A DNA stretch of 31,370 nucleotides, taken from a virus (lineage: Duplodnaviria > Caudoviricetes). Below are positions 1-7,757 of this stretch, one piece after another. Position 1 is the stretch's first letter. Every line of letters starts with the position of its first letter. The notes beneath the pieces are model-generated. The model was not told the origin of the DNA. It saw nothing but the letters and a program-made list of their open reading frames with translations, and searched no databases. The stretch is from positions 1 to 31,370 of IMG/VR virus record IMGVR_UViG_3300025018_000394; one strand, given 5' to 3'. Made by a program: the position numbers and the translations under genes.

Positions 1-1
1 A

Positions 2-124
2 GAGCGAGCAACCAGAACATATATCTTGGTGAGCGTCCCAGCTAGGCTTGAGGTCAGGTGTCAATCCTCTGGCTTCGCATTCTTCGTCCCACGCTGTTTT
101 GGTAGGTTCTTGAAAGTTATACAT
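2..124 (-). CDS. Hypothetical protein, 5' part (runs off the window edge)
   Basis: ATG at 124 reads MYNFQEPTKTAWDEECEARGLTPDLKPSWDAHQDICSGCSL with no stop before the edge; it lies downstream of the promoter at 244-272. Confidence 0.55.
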   Translation of the reverse strand, partial: MYNFQEPTKTAWDEECEARGLTPDLKPSWDAHQDICSGCSL

Positions 125-165
125 ATTTCGTCGCTTAATTATTAGGTCAATATTGCCTTTGGTGG

Positions 166-195
166 CGGAGGAGTCAGATTGCTCCGAGTCCTCCG
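166..195 (-). other. GCAA-tetraloop hairpin in the 5' leader of the leftward transcript
   Basis: Minus strand reads CGGAGGA-C-UCGGA-GCAA-UCUGA-C-UCCUCCG: 12 bp including one G-U pair, plus a C-C mismatch. Confidence 0.55.
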
Positions 196-243
196 TTCCT
201 TGGGTTCGTCGTGTGGCTATGAGCGCGTTGCTCGTATGTGATA

Positions 244-272
244 AGAATACACCATAGCCCCAAAGGTGTCAA
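244..272 (-). promoter_or_regulatory. Sigma70-type leftward promoter
   Basis: TTGACA-17 nt-TATTCT on the minus strand. Confidence 0.7.
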
Positions 273-288
273 GTAGGCTCATAGGCAT

Positions 289-445
289 TTGTCCACAGGT
301 AAAACAAAAAGCCCCCGTGGGAGGAGGGCTTCCTGCTAAATTAGAAAGAACTATTGATATTATATTATAGGGGAGGTATAATTTCAATGCTCGAAGATGT
401 ACATACCGATTGCACTCCCGTAAGGGGGTGTTTTCGTTATCCACA
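289..445 (+). promoter_or_regulatory. Two DnaA-box-like 9-mers in the divergent intergenic region
   Basis: TTATCCACA at 437-445 (consensus) and TTGTCCACA at 289-297 (one mismatch); both are followed by GGT. Confidence 0.4.
301..330 (-). terminator. Intrinsic terminator-like hairpin
   Basis: Minus strand AGCCCUC-loop-GGGGGCU followed by UUUUGUUUU. Confidence 0.5.
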
Positions 446-451
446 GGTGAG

Positions 452-480
452 TTGATTGATAGGATAATTGGTGGTATTAT
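452..480 (+). promoter_or_regulatory. Sigma70-type rightward promoter for the methyltransferase cassette
   Basis: TTGATT-17 nt-TATTAT with a TG extension (TGGTATTAT). Confidence 0.6.
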
Positions 481-523
481 TTTTAGGCATAAAGCGTTTA
501 ATTAAAAAGAACCAAGAACTTCT

Positions 524-628
524 ATGAACATCAATTTAATAAAAGAAGGCTGGGTCGAGTGTTGGTCGCAAGACCGAGGGAATAGAAGCCCTTTGGTACA
601 CTCGGCTCAGCTTTTTTGTATTAAATGA
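524..628 (+). CDS. Putative 34-aa leader peptide running through the structured RNA
   Basis: MNINLIKEGWVECWSQDRGNRSPLVHSAQLFCIK*; its TGA overlaps the ATG at 625 (ATGA). Confidence 0.35.
   Translation: MNINLIKEGWVECWSQDRGNRSPLVHSAQLFCIK
549..617 (+). ncRNA. Three-way-junction structured RNA (C4-antisense-like or attenuator)
   Basis: A 14-bp closing stem 549-562/598-611 (two G-U pairs) encloses GGUC-GCAA-GACC and AGGG-AAUAGAAG-CCCU hairpins and is followed by U6. Confidence 0.55.
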
Positions 629-903
629 AATATATGAATGAGTTAATGCCAATTAGTTCTGAATACTTTGAGCTTACACCTACATCGCTCAAGATTTCAG
701 AAGACATTACTGAAGAAGCGAAGAAAAAACTTGATGACCATTTCCAACAAATTCTTTTCTTTCTTGGTAGAAACAATACGAAAGAAATGGAAACAAGAAC
801 AGAAATGCCTGTTAAAGATATTTTGAAAGTATGCAGGAGTGCAATAGCAAAAAAGAAAGAACCACGGTTTAAAAGCAGAAAAACAGAAAATAAAAGAACT
901 TAA
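625..903 (+). CDS. Hypothetical protein with basic C-terminus
   Basis: 92-aa ORF between the structured leader and the methyltransferase; alternative start at 634. Confidence 0.65.
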   Translation: MKYMNELMPISSEYFELTPTSLKISEDITEEAKKKLDDHFQQILFFLGRNNTKEMETRTEMPVKDILKVCRSAIAKKKEPRFKSRKTENKRT

Positions 904-923
904 ACCACTTTTGAACCTTAAGT

Positions 924-947
924 AATTTTACCTACGTAGGTAAAATT
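924..947. promoter_or_regulatory. Perfect 24-bp palindrome, probable operator
   Basis: AATTTTACCTAC|GTAGGTAAAATT, ending 12 nt before the methyltransferase ATG. Confidence 0.6.
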
Positions 948-959
948 GATAATCATCTT

Positions 960-1883
960 ATGAATTTATTATCTTTTCCCAGCCAAATTAAAATAAATGC
1001 TTCTACTTTGTCTCTTCCTGAAAAACTTTCTTTTGAAGAGTGGAAAAGCGTTGGTAAAAAACTTTGTCTTGCAGAAAATTCTGTGCAGTGGTGGATTGGT
1101 GATTGGTTGAATTATGGGGAAAAAAATTATGGGGAAAAATATAAAGAAGCCGTAGAAAAGACAAATAAGGAATATCGAACACTTTATAATTATAAATACA
1201 TCTCATCTCAAATTAAACCCGAAGATCGCAATCTCAACATTTCTTGGTCAGGTAACGCGCTTGTCGCACCACTCGAACCACCACAGCAAAAAGAATGGCT
1301 GGACAAGGCAGAGAAGAATGATTGGAGTGTATCGGAGCTACGTAAGGCAATTCAGATTGAACACAGAAACGTCAAATCTTTGGAAGAAAGCGTACAAGGG
1401 AAATTTCCTGTTATTTACGCTGATCCACCTTGGTCATATTCCAATAGTGGTTTCAAAGGGTCGGCCGCCGAACATTACCCGACCATGACAACGGAAGACA
1501 TTTGCGCTATGAACATTCCGTCAACAGAAAACGCTGTTTTGTTTTTATGGGCGACTAATCCACTTCTTGAGGACGCAATGCAGGTTGTGAAGGCATGGGG
1601 ATTCGAATACAAAACAAACTTCGTTTGGGTAAAAGACAAAGCGATTCATCTTGGATTTTATTGTTTTGGTAAACACGAACTGCTTTTTGTTGCCACCAAA
1701 GGATCGATGCTTCCAAAGCAAGAAGGTATGGTCAATTCTGTTATTGAAGCTATGCGGACTGATCACTCAAGGAAGCCTGAATTGGTTTATGAGATGATCG
1801 AAACCATGTATGATGCTCCTTACTTGGAACTTTTTGCCAGAAATAAGAGAGATGGGTGGTCATCGTTTGGAAATGAATTATGA
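960..1883 (+). CDS. MT-A70-family N6-adenine methyltransferase with an N-terminal LmbU-like DNA-binding domain
   Basis: C-terminal half has VIYADPPW, HYPTM, LFLWATN, WGFEYK, HSRKPE and LELFAR. N-terminal half has LSFEEW, WWIGDWLNYGE, YRTLYNY and WSVSELR, typical of LmbU-like HTH proteins. Confidence 0.9.
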   Translation: MNLLSFPSQIKINASTLSLPEKLSFEEWKSVGKKLCLAENSVQWWIGDWLNYGEKNYGEKYKEAVEKTNKEYRTLYNYKYISSQIKPEDRNLNISWSGNALVAPLEPPQQKEWLDKAEKNDWSVSELRKAIQIEHRNVKSLEESVQGKFPVIYADPPWSYSNSGFKGSAAEHYPTMTTEDICAMNIPSTENAVLFLWATNPLLEDAMQVVKAWGFEYKTNFVWVKDKAIHLGFYCFGKHELLFVATKGSMLPKQEGMVNSVIEAMRTDHSRKPELVYEMIETMYDAPYLELFARNKRDGWSSFGNEL

Positions 1884-2413
1884 GCATCACCGGAGTTGAC
1901 AAAAAAAGAAGCTATAATGGCGACTACATGAAACTTGGAAAGGAGGCCGAAAGAATTGTTATGGAATGGCTCAAACAACGCCCACAGGTTTTAGGACTCT
2001 CTGATTTTAGAGAACTGCGCGCTATACAAGAAGCTGATGTTGACATCGCTATTAAAACCCAAGATGGAACCGTTACGCTTGCGGAGATTAAGTCGGACAG
2101 ACATTTAGGGGTGAGCGGAAACGTTTTGTTTGAACTTCTGCGCATAAATCACACTTGTATTGCTGAAAAAAGCTGTACACTCGGATGGTCGGCGAGAAGC
2201 CCTGCGGTTTGGTTTTTGTTTTATGCACCGTCTGTCAATAAAATATACCAGTGCCGTGTTGATGATTTTAGGGTATGCTTTCAGAACTACACCAAAGAAA
2301 AAAGGGACGGCGCAAAATTATTCTGGGTCAATACTGATTCAATTAAAAGCACGCTCAACTGCCTGATCCCGTGGGAACACTGTAAATACATCTTCACCGT
2401 CCATTCTCTTTAG
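1880..2413 (+). CDS. PD-(D/E)XK-fold nuclease-like protein
   Basis: EAERIV..DVD..LAEIKSD..SGNVLFE..GW pattern; ATGA-coupled to the methyltransferase. Confidence 0.65.
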   Translation: MSITGVDKKRSYNGDYMKLGKEAERIVMEWLKQRPQVLGLSDFRELRAIQEADVDIAIKTQDGTVTLAEIKSDRHLGVSGNVLFELLRINHTCIAEKSCTLGWSARSPAVWFLFYAPSVNKIYQCRVDDFRVCFQNYTKEKRDGAKLFWVNTDSIKSTLNCLIPWEHCKYIFTVHSL

Positions 2414-2414
2414 C

Positions 2415-2445
2415 AAAAAAACGTCCCAGTATCAGTTAAGACGTT
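2415..2445 (-). terminator. Intrinsic terminator (leftward, possibly bidirectional)
   Basis: Minus strand AACGUCUUA-8 nt-UGGGACGUU followed by a U run. Confidence 0.6.
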
Positions 2446-2613
2446 AAACTAGTCTATACATTGCTGATAACAATAACTATCTTGTACTCTTGGTGAACAG
2501 ACCTAAATCCAGGCTCTGTCTCGACCCACAACCTGGTCCCTGGCTTGTCCATCAAGTAAAAAACAACAGAAGGCTTTGTACACCTTCTGCAAATCACCCC
2601 AATGATTACCGTG

Positions 2614-2642
2614 AGTATACCAGGGTAATGGGTCGTTGTACA
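2614..2642 (-). promoter_or_regulatory. Leftward extended -10 promoter
   Basis: TGTACA-17 nt-TATACT with TG extension on the minus strand. Confidence 0.45.
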
Positions 2643-2672
2643 TAGATTTCAAATACTGTCAATAGTCAGCCA

Positions 2673-2700
2673 TTGAAAAACAAGCAAAAAGATGTATAAT
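2673..2700 (+). promoter_or_regulatory. Promoter of the glyco-modification cluster
   Basis: TTGAAA-16 nt-TATAAT, 12 nt before ATG 2713. Confidence 0.6.
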
Positions 2701-2712
2701 GGATTTATATTT

Positions 2713-3168
2713 ATGCGTAAATTAGACATAGGTTCAGGTCGGAAAAACTTTGAGGATTACGAAACGCTAGATAGCGACCCGTCCGTTGGGGCTAGGCATT
2801 GCGTTGACATCGAGAACATCGAGAACCTTGACCCCTATCGAGGGCAATTCGACGAGATAAGAGCGCACCATATTTTGGAGCATATACGCAATGAGAACAA
2901 GGTCAAGGTTATGGCAACCCTCTGGGCAATGTTAAAGCAAGGCGGAACGCTGGACATCGAAATCCCACTAGCAGGAAGTGAACAGTTTTACCAAGACCCG
3001 ACGCATTTGAGCTGGTGGACAGACAGAACATTCTGGTACTTTACAAAGGGCAATAATTTTGGCGAGGCGTTTGAAAAGAGATATTCGCAGTACCCTGTCC
3101 CGTTGTTTGAAAAAGTATCAGACAAAAAGGACGGTTGGAAATACAGTATAATTTTTAGAAAAGTATGA
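2713..3168 (+). CDS. Class I SAM-dependent methyltransferase (glycan-cluster type)
   Basis: KLDIGSG motif I, FDEIRAHHILEH, LKQGG, DPTH. Start moved to 2713 because the ATG at 2692 sits in the promoter. Confidence 0.8.
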   Translation: MRKLDIGSGRKNFEDYETLDSDPSVGARHCVDIENIENLDPYRGQFDEIRAHHILEHIRNENKVKVMATLWAMLKQGGTLDIEIPLAGSEQFYQDPTHLSWWTDRTFWYFTKGNNFGEAFEKRYSQYPVPLFEKVSDKKDGWKYSIIFRKV

Positions 3169-3464
3169 AGATAGCCGTTGACCTAGATGACACCTATACC
3201 AAAGACCCAAGGCGATTTGATTCCATTATTGGTCAATTAAAATCTGCTGGCCACGAGGTTGGTGTTATTACTTGCCGTCGTCAAGCGCAAGTTGCTTGGG
3301 CTGACTTCCTCTTCTGTGGCAATCTTGCTGGCCTAGATATTCCGCCACAAATCGAGTACAAGACAAAAATAATGAAAGAAAATAACATAGCCTTATTGTT
3401 CGATGATATGGCACGGCATTATTCAGACGAGGTGATTGTTGTAGATATTTTAGAAAAAATATGA
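3165..3464 (+). CDS. Minimal HAD-superfamily phosphatase-like protein
   Basis: KIAVDLDDT (DxD motif I), ITCR (motif II), Lys, and LFDD (motif IV). Confidence 0.7.
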   Translation: MKIAVDLDDTYTKDPRRFDSIIGQLKSAGHEVGVITCRRQAQVAWADFLFCGNLAGLDIPPQIEYKTKIMKENNIALLFDDMARHYSDEVIVVDILEKI

Positions 3465-4132
3465 TTGATATTCTTGTAGTAACCAACGGCGAAAGAGACT
3501 TCTTTGATTTACTGGTTAAGTCAGCCGAAAAGACAAGAGCGGAGTATCGGATTTTGGCGTGGGCAAATCAACCGCTCAACTACAAGCACGACAAGGTACA
3601 GATTTTTGGCGACGGGCAGAACATAGGCCACGGCGCAGGATTGGATAAGCTGATAGAGCACGCCACGGCACCATTCACTTTGATTGTCGACGCAGACTGT
3701 CATTTGCTTTTAGACGGCTGGGACGAAAAGCTGATTGCTAATATGCAAAAAAATGGGTTAGACTTAATGCCAGCGGAGGGCGGTCTATTAAAACCTATCC
3801 GGCCGGCGTTTATGTTTTGGCGGACGGAGGCGTTAAAGAGAGCCGGCTCAATGAAAAGCTGGGAACAGGACGGCGTTTGGTTTGATACGGGGATAAAGTC
3901 ATATTTTACGACACTACGGAATAATCATAAAAGCGTGGAACGGTTGCAGTATCGGAAATCACCTTTCGATGGTGTCTGGGGCGAGTGTTATGCGTTTGCA
4001 GGGGAGCTGGTGGCCTTTCACCATTATTACGGGTCGAGGTTCGGAACGGAGAAACAACAGGTGGACGGGCGAGATAGAAAAGATTTTGAAGAAAGTAAGA
4101 AAAAATTATTTAATTTATATGCCAATATTTAG
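3461..4132 (+). CDS. GT2/GT-A glycosyltransferase
   Basis: IDILVVT start, NIGHGAGLD, LIVDAD (DxD), and WFDTG. Confidence 0.75.
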   Translation: MIDILVVTNGERDFFDLLVKSAEKTRAEYRILAWANQPLNYKHDKVQIFGDGQNIGHGAGLDKLIEHATAPFTLIVDADCHLLLDGWDEKLIANMQKNGLDLMPAEGGLLKPIRPAFMFWRTEALKRAGSMKSWEQDGVWFDTGIKSYFTTLRNNHKSVERLQYRKSPFDGVWGECYAFAGELVAFHHYYGSRFGTEKQQVDGRDRKDFEESKKKLFNLYANI

Positions 4133-4826
4133 AGTAATGAAAAATGATTTATTTGGTGAGGGCTACCGAGAGGGTGATTTAGTGCCTTTCGATTGGCAGG
4201 CTGCCAAAGTCAGAGTCGAGAATGGAGAGTTAGTTTATGTCCGAGAGGAAAATCCAAAAGATATACCACCTACCAGAGAAGAGATAACCCATAAGAATAA
4301 ATTGGATAATCTTACTGACGCTAAAAGTGTTCTGGACAAACTGAAAATCACCTTTTGGTTGGAGGCTGGGACTTGTTTGGGTGCAGTCAGGGAGGGTAAT
4401 TTTATTGAATACGACACTGATATTGATTTGGGAGTTTTAGCAGAAGACGAACACAGAGCAGATGAAATTATCCAAGCAATGAAGCAGAAAGGTTTTGAAG
4501 TGATGTATGAATGGGGTGAAAGAGGCAAGGGCTATGAGATTTCTTTTATAAGGTTTGATGTTAAATTAGATTTGTTCTTTTTCTATAAAAAAGGGGACAA
4601 GCGTTGGCACGGGGCTTATTATCACAAGGAGTTAATCCCACATATTTTTGACGCTAAATTGATTGAAAAACTAAAAACGATTGATTTTCAAGGACTAAAA
4701 GTTAAAATCCCATTTGCTTCAAAAAAGTATATTGTGGCTAGATATGGAGAAGACTGGGAAACACCTAACAAAGACTGGCATTATTGGGAAGACCCTAAAT
4801 GTATTGATAAAACTTTTGTATGTTAG
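4119..4826 (+). CDS. LicD/fukutin-family phosphotransferase with a short N-terminal extra domain
   Basis: FWLEAGTCLGAVREGNFIEYDTDIDLG, KLDLFFF, YIVARYGEDWETP. Start placed at ATG 4119. Confidence 0.9.
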   Translation: MPIFRVMKNDLFGEGYREGDLVPFDWQAAKVRVENGELVYVREENPKDIPPTREEITHKNKLDNLTDAKSVLDKLKITFWLEAGTCLGAVREGNFIEYDTDIDLGVLAEDEHRADEIIQAMKQKGFEVMYEWGERGKGYEISFIRFDVKLDLFFFYKKGDKRWHGAYYHKELIPHIFDAKLIEKLKTIDFQGLKVKIPFASKKYIVARYGEDWETPNKDWHYWEDPKCIDKTFVC

Positions 4827-5218
4827 TTTTTACTTGTGGCGTGTTCGATTTATTTCACGCCGGCCATAAAGAGCTTTTAGAAAATATGCAAGAGGTAGGC
4901 GATAGGGTGGTGGTTTTGTTGCACGACGATAAATCTACCTACGCCAATAAAGAAAGATTCCCTGTGCAGGATTACGAACACCGTCGCAGGAACTTACTGG
5001 CAACGGGTTTAGTCGATGATATTTTAATGGTAGATGAGGCTGACCCGTCTGATTCTTTCAAATGGTTTCTACATAAAAAAGACAATGTAATTTTTATGCG
5101 GGGAGACGATTGGCAGGACTTCCCCGGTAAGCAGGTTTTAGAAGAAAGAAAGGTTGAAATAAGATTGAAAAAATACAAAGAGGATATAAGCTCCACGAAA
5201 TTAAGAAGTGAGTTATGA
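4820..5218 (+). CDS. TagD-like cytidylyltransferase (CDP-glycerol/CDP-alcohol synthase family)
   Basis: GVFDLFHAGH (HxGH), RGDDW, ISSTKLR; 132-aa single domain. Confidence 0.88.
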   Translation: MLVFTCGVFDLFHAGHKELLENMQEVGDRVVVLLHDDKSTYANKERFPVQDYEHRRRNLLATGLVDDILMVDEADPSDSFKWFLHKKDNVIFMRGDDWQDFPGKQVLEERKVEIRLKKYKEDISSTKLRSEL

Positions 5219-5982
5219 ATTTAACGGCTATTGTCATTAATTTTTTAAGAGAGCCATATCTTTTTAAATGTCTTGAGAGTTTAAGGACACAGTATCCGGA
5301 CATTAAGATTCTAGTCGCCGAGAACGGTAAACCGAGCAAGCGGACGCAAAAGAAAGTAGAAAGTTACGGGGCTGTGTATGTCCCAATAGAGTTTGACGCA
5401 GGAATATGCAGAGCAAGGAACACGCTCGTAGGTTTAGCCGGGACTGATTATGTACTGATAGGTGATGATGATTTTTTTTACAATCACAATGCAGGAGTAG
5501 ATAAAATGCTGGCTTTTTTAGAGCGACACCCTGAATATGCTTTAATCGGGGGCAGGATTTTCGAGAATGAAAAGATTAGAGATTATCAAGGATATTTCGA
5601 TTTCGTAACAGATGAAAATGGGGAGGGGTTAGTTTACAGAAAATTGGAAATGAATGACTGGCTAAAAGATGAAATCCAATATAAGGAATGTGATTTGGTT
5701 TTTAACTATTTTGTCGCAAGGAAAAAAGATATTATCCAGTGGGATAACAATATCAAAGTCAGCTATGAGCATTCAACATTTTTCATTGACTTGAAACGAG
5801 CAGGTAAGAAAGTAGTTTTTGCGCCTGATTGTATTGTTACCCATAAGCCTAAATTAGATAAGGAATATAATTTTGGCGAGTATGCGAAGTACAGGTACAG
5901 GAAGTTAGATAAACAGAGATTTTTCAATCGAAATAATATTGTTTGGGCACGAGATATGAATGGTAATTTTGATACCTTATGA
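5215..5982 (+). CDS. GT2 glycosyltransferase
   Basis: CLESLR, FDAGICRARN, YVLIGDDD, and EH..FF acceptor motif. Confidence 0.88.
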   Translation: MNLTAIVINFLREPYLFKCLESLRTQYPDIKILVAENGKPSKRTQKKVESYGAVYVPIEFDAGICRARNTLVGLAGTDYVLIGDDDFFYNHNAGVDKMLAFLERHPEYALIGGRIFENEKIRDYQGYFDFVTDENGEGLVYRKLEMNDWLKDEIQYKECDLVFNYFVARKKDIIQWDNNIKVSYEHSTFFIDLKRAGKKVVFAPDCIVTHKPKLDKEYNFGEYAKYRYRKLDKQRFFNRNNIVWARDMNGNFDTL

Positions 5983-6482
5983 GCGAATACGAGTTTATTG
6001 ATGAGCGACCAGAGTTTGATATAGCTCGTGTTAGCCACGAATATCGTTATAAAGTCGCAGGCAAGTACACAACCGATAACGATATAGTCGTTGATATGGC
6101 TTGCGGTACTGCATACGGAAAGAAGTTTTTGAAATATAAACGCTATATCGGGGTGGACAAGTATAATAATGGTGCTGATATAGTTACTGATTTGGTTAAC
6201 TGGGAACCTGATTTCGATTATGATGTCGCCATTTCGCTTGAAACGATTGAGCATTTATCTGATTACACCCAGCATATAGAAAACTTAAAAAGAGCTAAAA
6301 GGATAGTAATTTCAGTCCCGATAATCCCGACCAAACATAGAAATAAGTTTCACCTACAAGACTTCACAAAGGAGAGTATTAAGGAATTGTTTAGCGATTG
6401 CAAACTCATACACGAGGAAATACAGAATGATATTTACATAATCTTAGTTTATGAAACTAGCCGTAATGATACTAGCCTTTAA
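5979..6482 (+). CDS. Class I SAM-dependent methyltransferase
   Basis: HEYRY, VVDMACGTAYG, SLETIEHL, VISVP, NKFH. Confidence 0.85.
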   Translation: MSEYEFIDERPEFDIARVSHEYRYKVAGKYTTDNDIVVDMACGTAYGKKFLKYKRYIGVDKYNNGADIVTDLVNWEPDFDYDVAISLETIEHLSDYTQHIENLKRAKRIVISVPIIPTKHRNKFHLQDFTKESIKELFSDCKLIHEEIQNDIYIILVYETSRNDTSL

Positions 6483-7155
6483 CGAAGAAGAAACGATTGA
6501 AAAGGTCTTGAAGCAATGGGATATAGATAAGTTGGTTTTAATCTCAAAGAACCCGTGGCACGGGGAAGTAATGGGCAGGGATAAAACAAGAGAGATAGCC
6601 GAGAAATATGCCGAGGTGGTCGAGTTAGACTGGAAGTCAGAAACAGACCAAAGGAATTGGGGGCTGGCTAGACTATATGATTACGATTATGTCCTAATCG
6701 TAGACGCAGACGAGCTTTATACACAAGAGGATATTTGTGCTATAATTAGCGTATTAGAAGACGGTGCAGAAGACCCGTTAGGAAACAAGACGAGATATTT
6801 AGCTTATAGAGCCGGCGAGGTCAAGACCTACTGGAAAACAACGGATTATATTTTAGACCCAAAAGATACGCATAAGCCAGTCATAGCAGTCGACCCTAAA
6901 AGGGTTTTGTTCAAAGAGTTTCGCATTCCTGATATAGGAGAACAAAGGATAATAGATGTAACAATGCACCATTTAAGTTACTGTAAATCCGATAGTAAGA
7001 TTTTAGAAAAAATAAATACATTTGAACATTTTAATCAGATAAGAAAAGACTGGTACAATGAAGTGTGGTTAAAGTGGACTCCTGAAATGGAGGATATAAG
7101 ACCCTATGGCAAAGAAAAAAGTAAAGCAATTAGAGAACCAATCCCTGAAATGTGA
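6451..7155 (+). CDS. GT2-like glycosyltransferase
   Basis: AFNEEETI, ETDQRN.GL, YVLIVDADE, MHHLSY. Confidence 0.8.
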   Translation: MKLAVMILAFNEEETIEKVLKQWDIDKLVLISKNPWHGEVMGRDKTREIAEKYAEVVELDWKSETDQRNWGLARLYDYDYVLIVDADELYTQEDICAIISVLEDGAEDPLGNKTRYLAYRAGEVKTYWKTTDYILDPKDTHKPVIAVDPKRVLFKEFRIPDIGEQRIIDVTMHHLSYCKSDSKILEKINTFEHFNQIRKDWYNEVWLKWTPEMEDIRPYGKEKSKAIREPIPEM

Positions 7156-7297
7156 TATTTGTGGTAAGATGACAGCGCCGAAGTACGGATATGGCAAGGT
7201 GGTCTGTTCTGATGAATGTTTCAGAGTAGCAGGTGAAACTTATAAGCCAGATAGAACAGCTTGGGGAGATTTAACACAAGGAAGAAAATATGTCTGA
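7106..7297 (+). CDS. Small Zn-binding protein
   Basis: CDICG...CSDEC; fills the gap before terS. Confidence 0.6.
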   Translation: MAKKKVKQLENQSLKCDICGKMTAPKYGYGKVVCSDECFRVAGETYKPDRTAWGDLTQGRKYV

Positions 7298-7757
7298 TGT
7301 CGGTAGAGATACTCTTTTAACAGATGAACTCTTTGATAAAATTAAGGAGTCAATTCTTGCTGGAAATGATTTGCGGGAAACTGCTAGGGTTTGCGAAATA
7401 AATGAGGGGACATTTTATCAATGGACAAGCAAGAATTATTCAAATATTAGCGATAAAATTGAGAATTGGCGTAGGGACAGGAAACTATTACTAGCCGAAA
7501 GGAACATAGTTGAGTTTCTCGAAATGGACACAAAGAACATAATGTTAAAAGGAAAAGAGCTGGTAGAACAGACTGATACAGGATTAGTAAAGGTTAAAGC
7601 AGATATGAGTAAGTTCGTTGCCGAAACTCTTGGCAGGGATTCTTACTCTAAAAGGTCAGAGCTAACTGGCAAGGACGGTAAGGATTTACCTACACCAATT
7701 TTAAGTCTGGCCTTCAATAAAGACTATGAAGACAAAGGAACAGAAAGTAAGGGGTAG
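7290..7757 (+). CDS. terS: Terminase small subunit
   Basis: N-terminal HTH (ARVCEINEGTFYQW), C-terminal ELTGKDGKDL motif, position upstream of terL. Confidence 0.8.
   Translation: MSDVGRDTLLTDELFDKIKESILAGNDLRETARVCEINEGTFYQWTSKNYSNISDKIENWRRDRKLLLAERNIVEFLEMDTKNIMLKGKELVEQTDTGLVKVKADMSKFVAETLGRDSYSKRSELTGKDGKDLPTPILSLAFNKDYEDKGTESKG

Noticed and set aside
217-444. 75-aa minus-strand ORF
   Set aside because: It runs across a terminator, promoter and operator-like boxes and has no recognisable protein features.
3969-4118. Longer start for LicD given in the ORF track; likewise 2692, 8159, 9288 and 27666 for other genes
   Set aside because: These extensions overlap upstream genes or promoter boxes; downstream ATGs fit the T-ATG and short-overlap pattern.
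5763-6254. 163-aa minus-strand ORF and the other antisense ORFs inside structural genes
   Set aside because: They are shadows of motif-bearing + strand genes, with no independent signals.
2713-7155. DNA hypermodification as the role of the GT cluster
   Set aside because: No hydroxymethylase, TET/JBP, nucleotide kinase or polymerase is adjacent and the enzymes are surface-glycan types. This is disfavoured but not excluded, because the early region lies outside the window.
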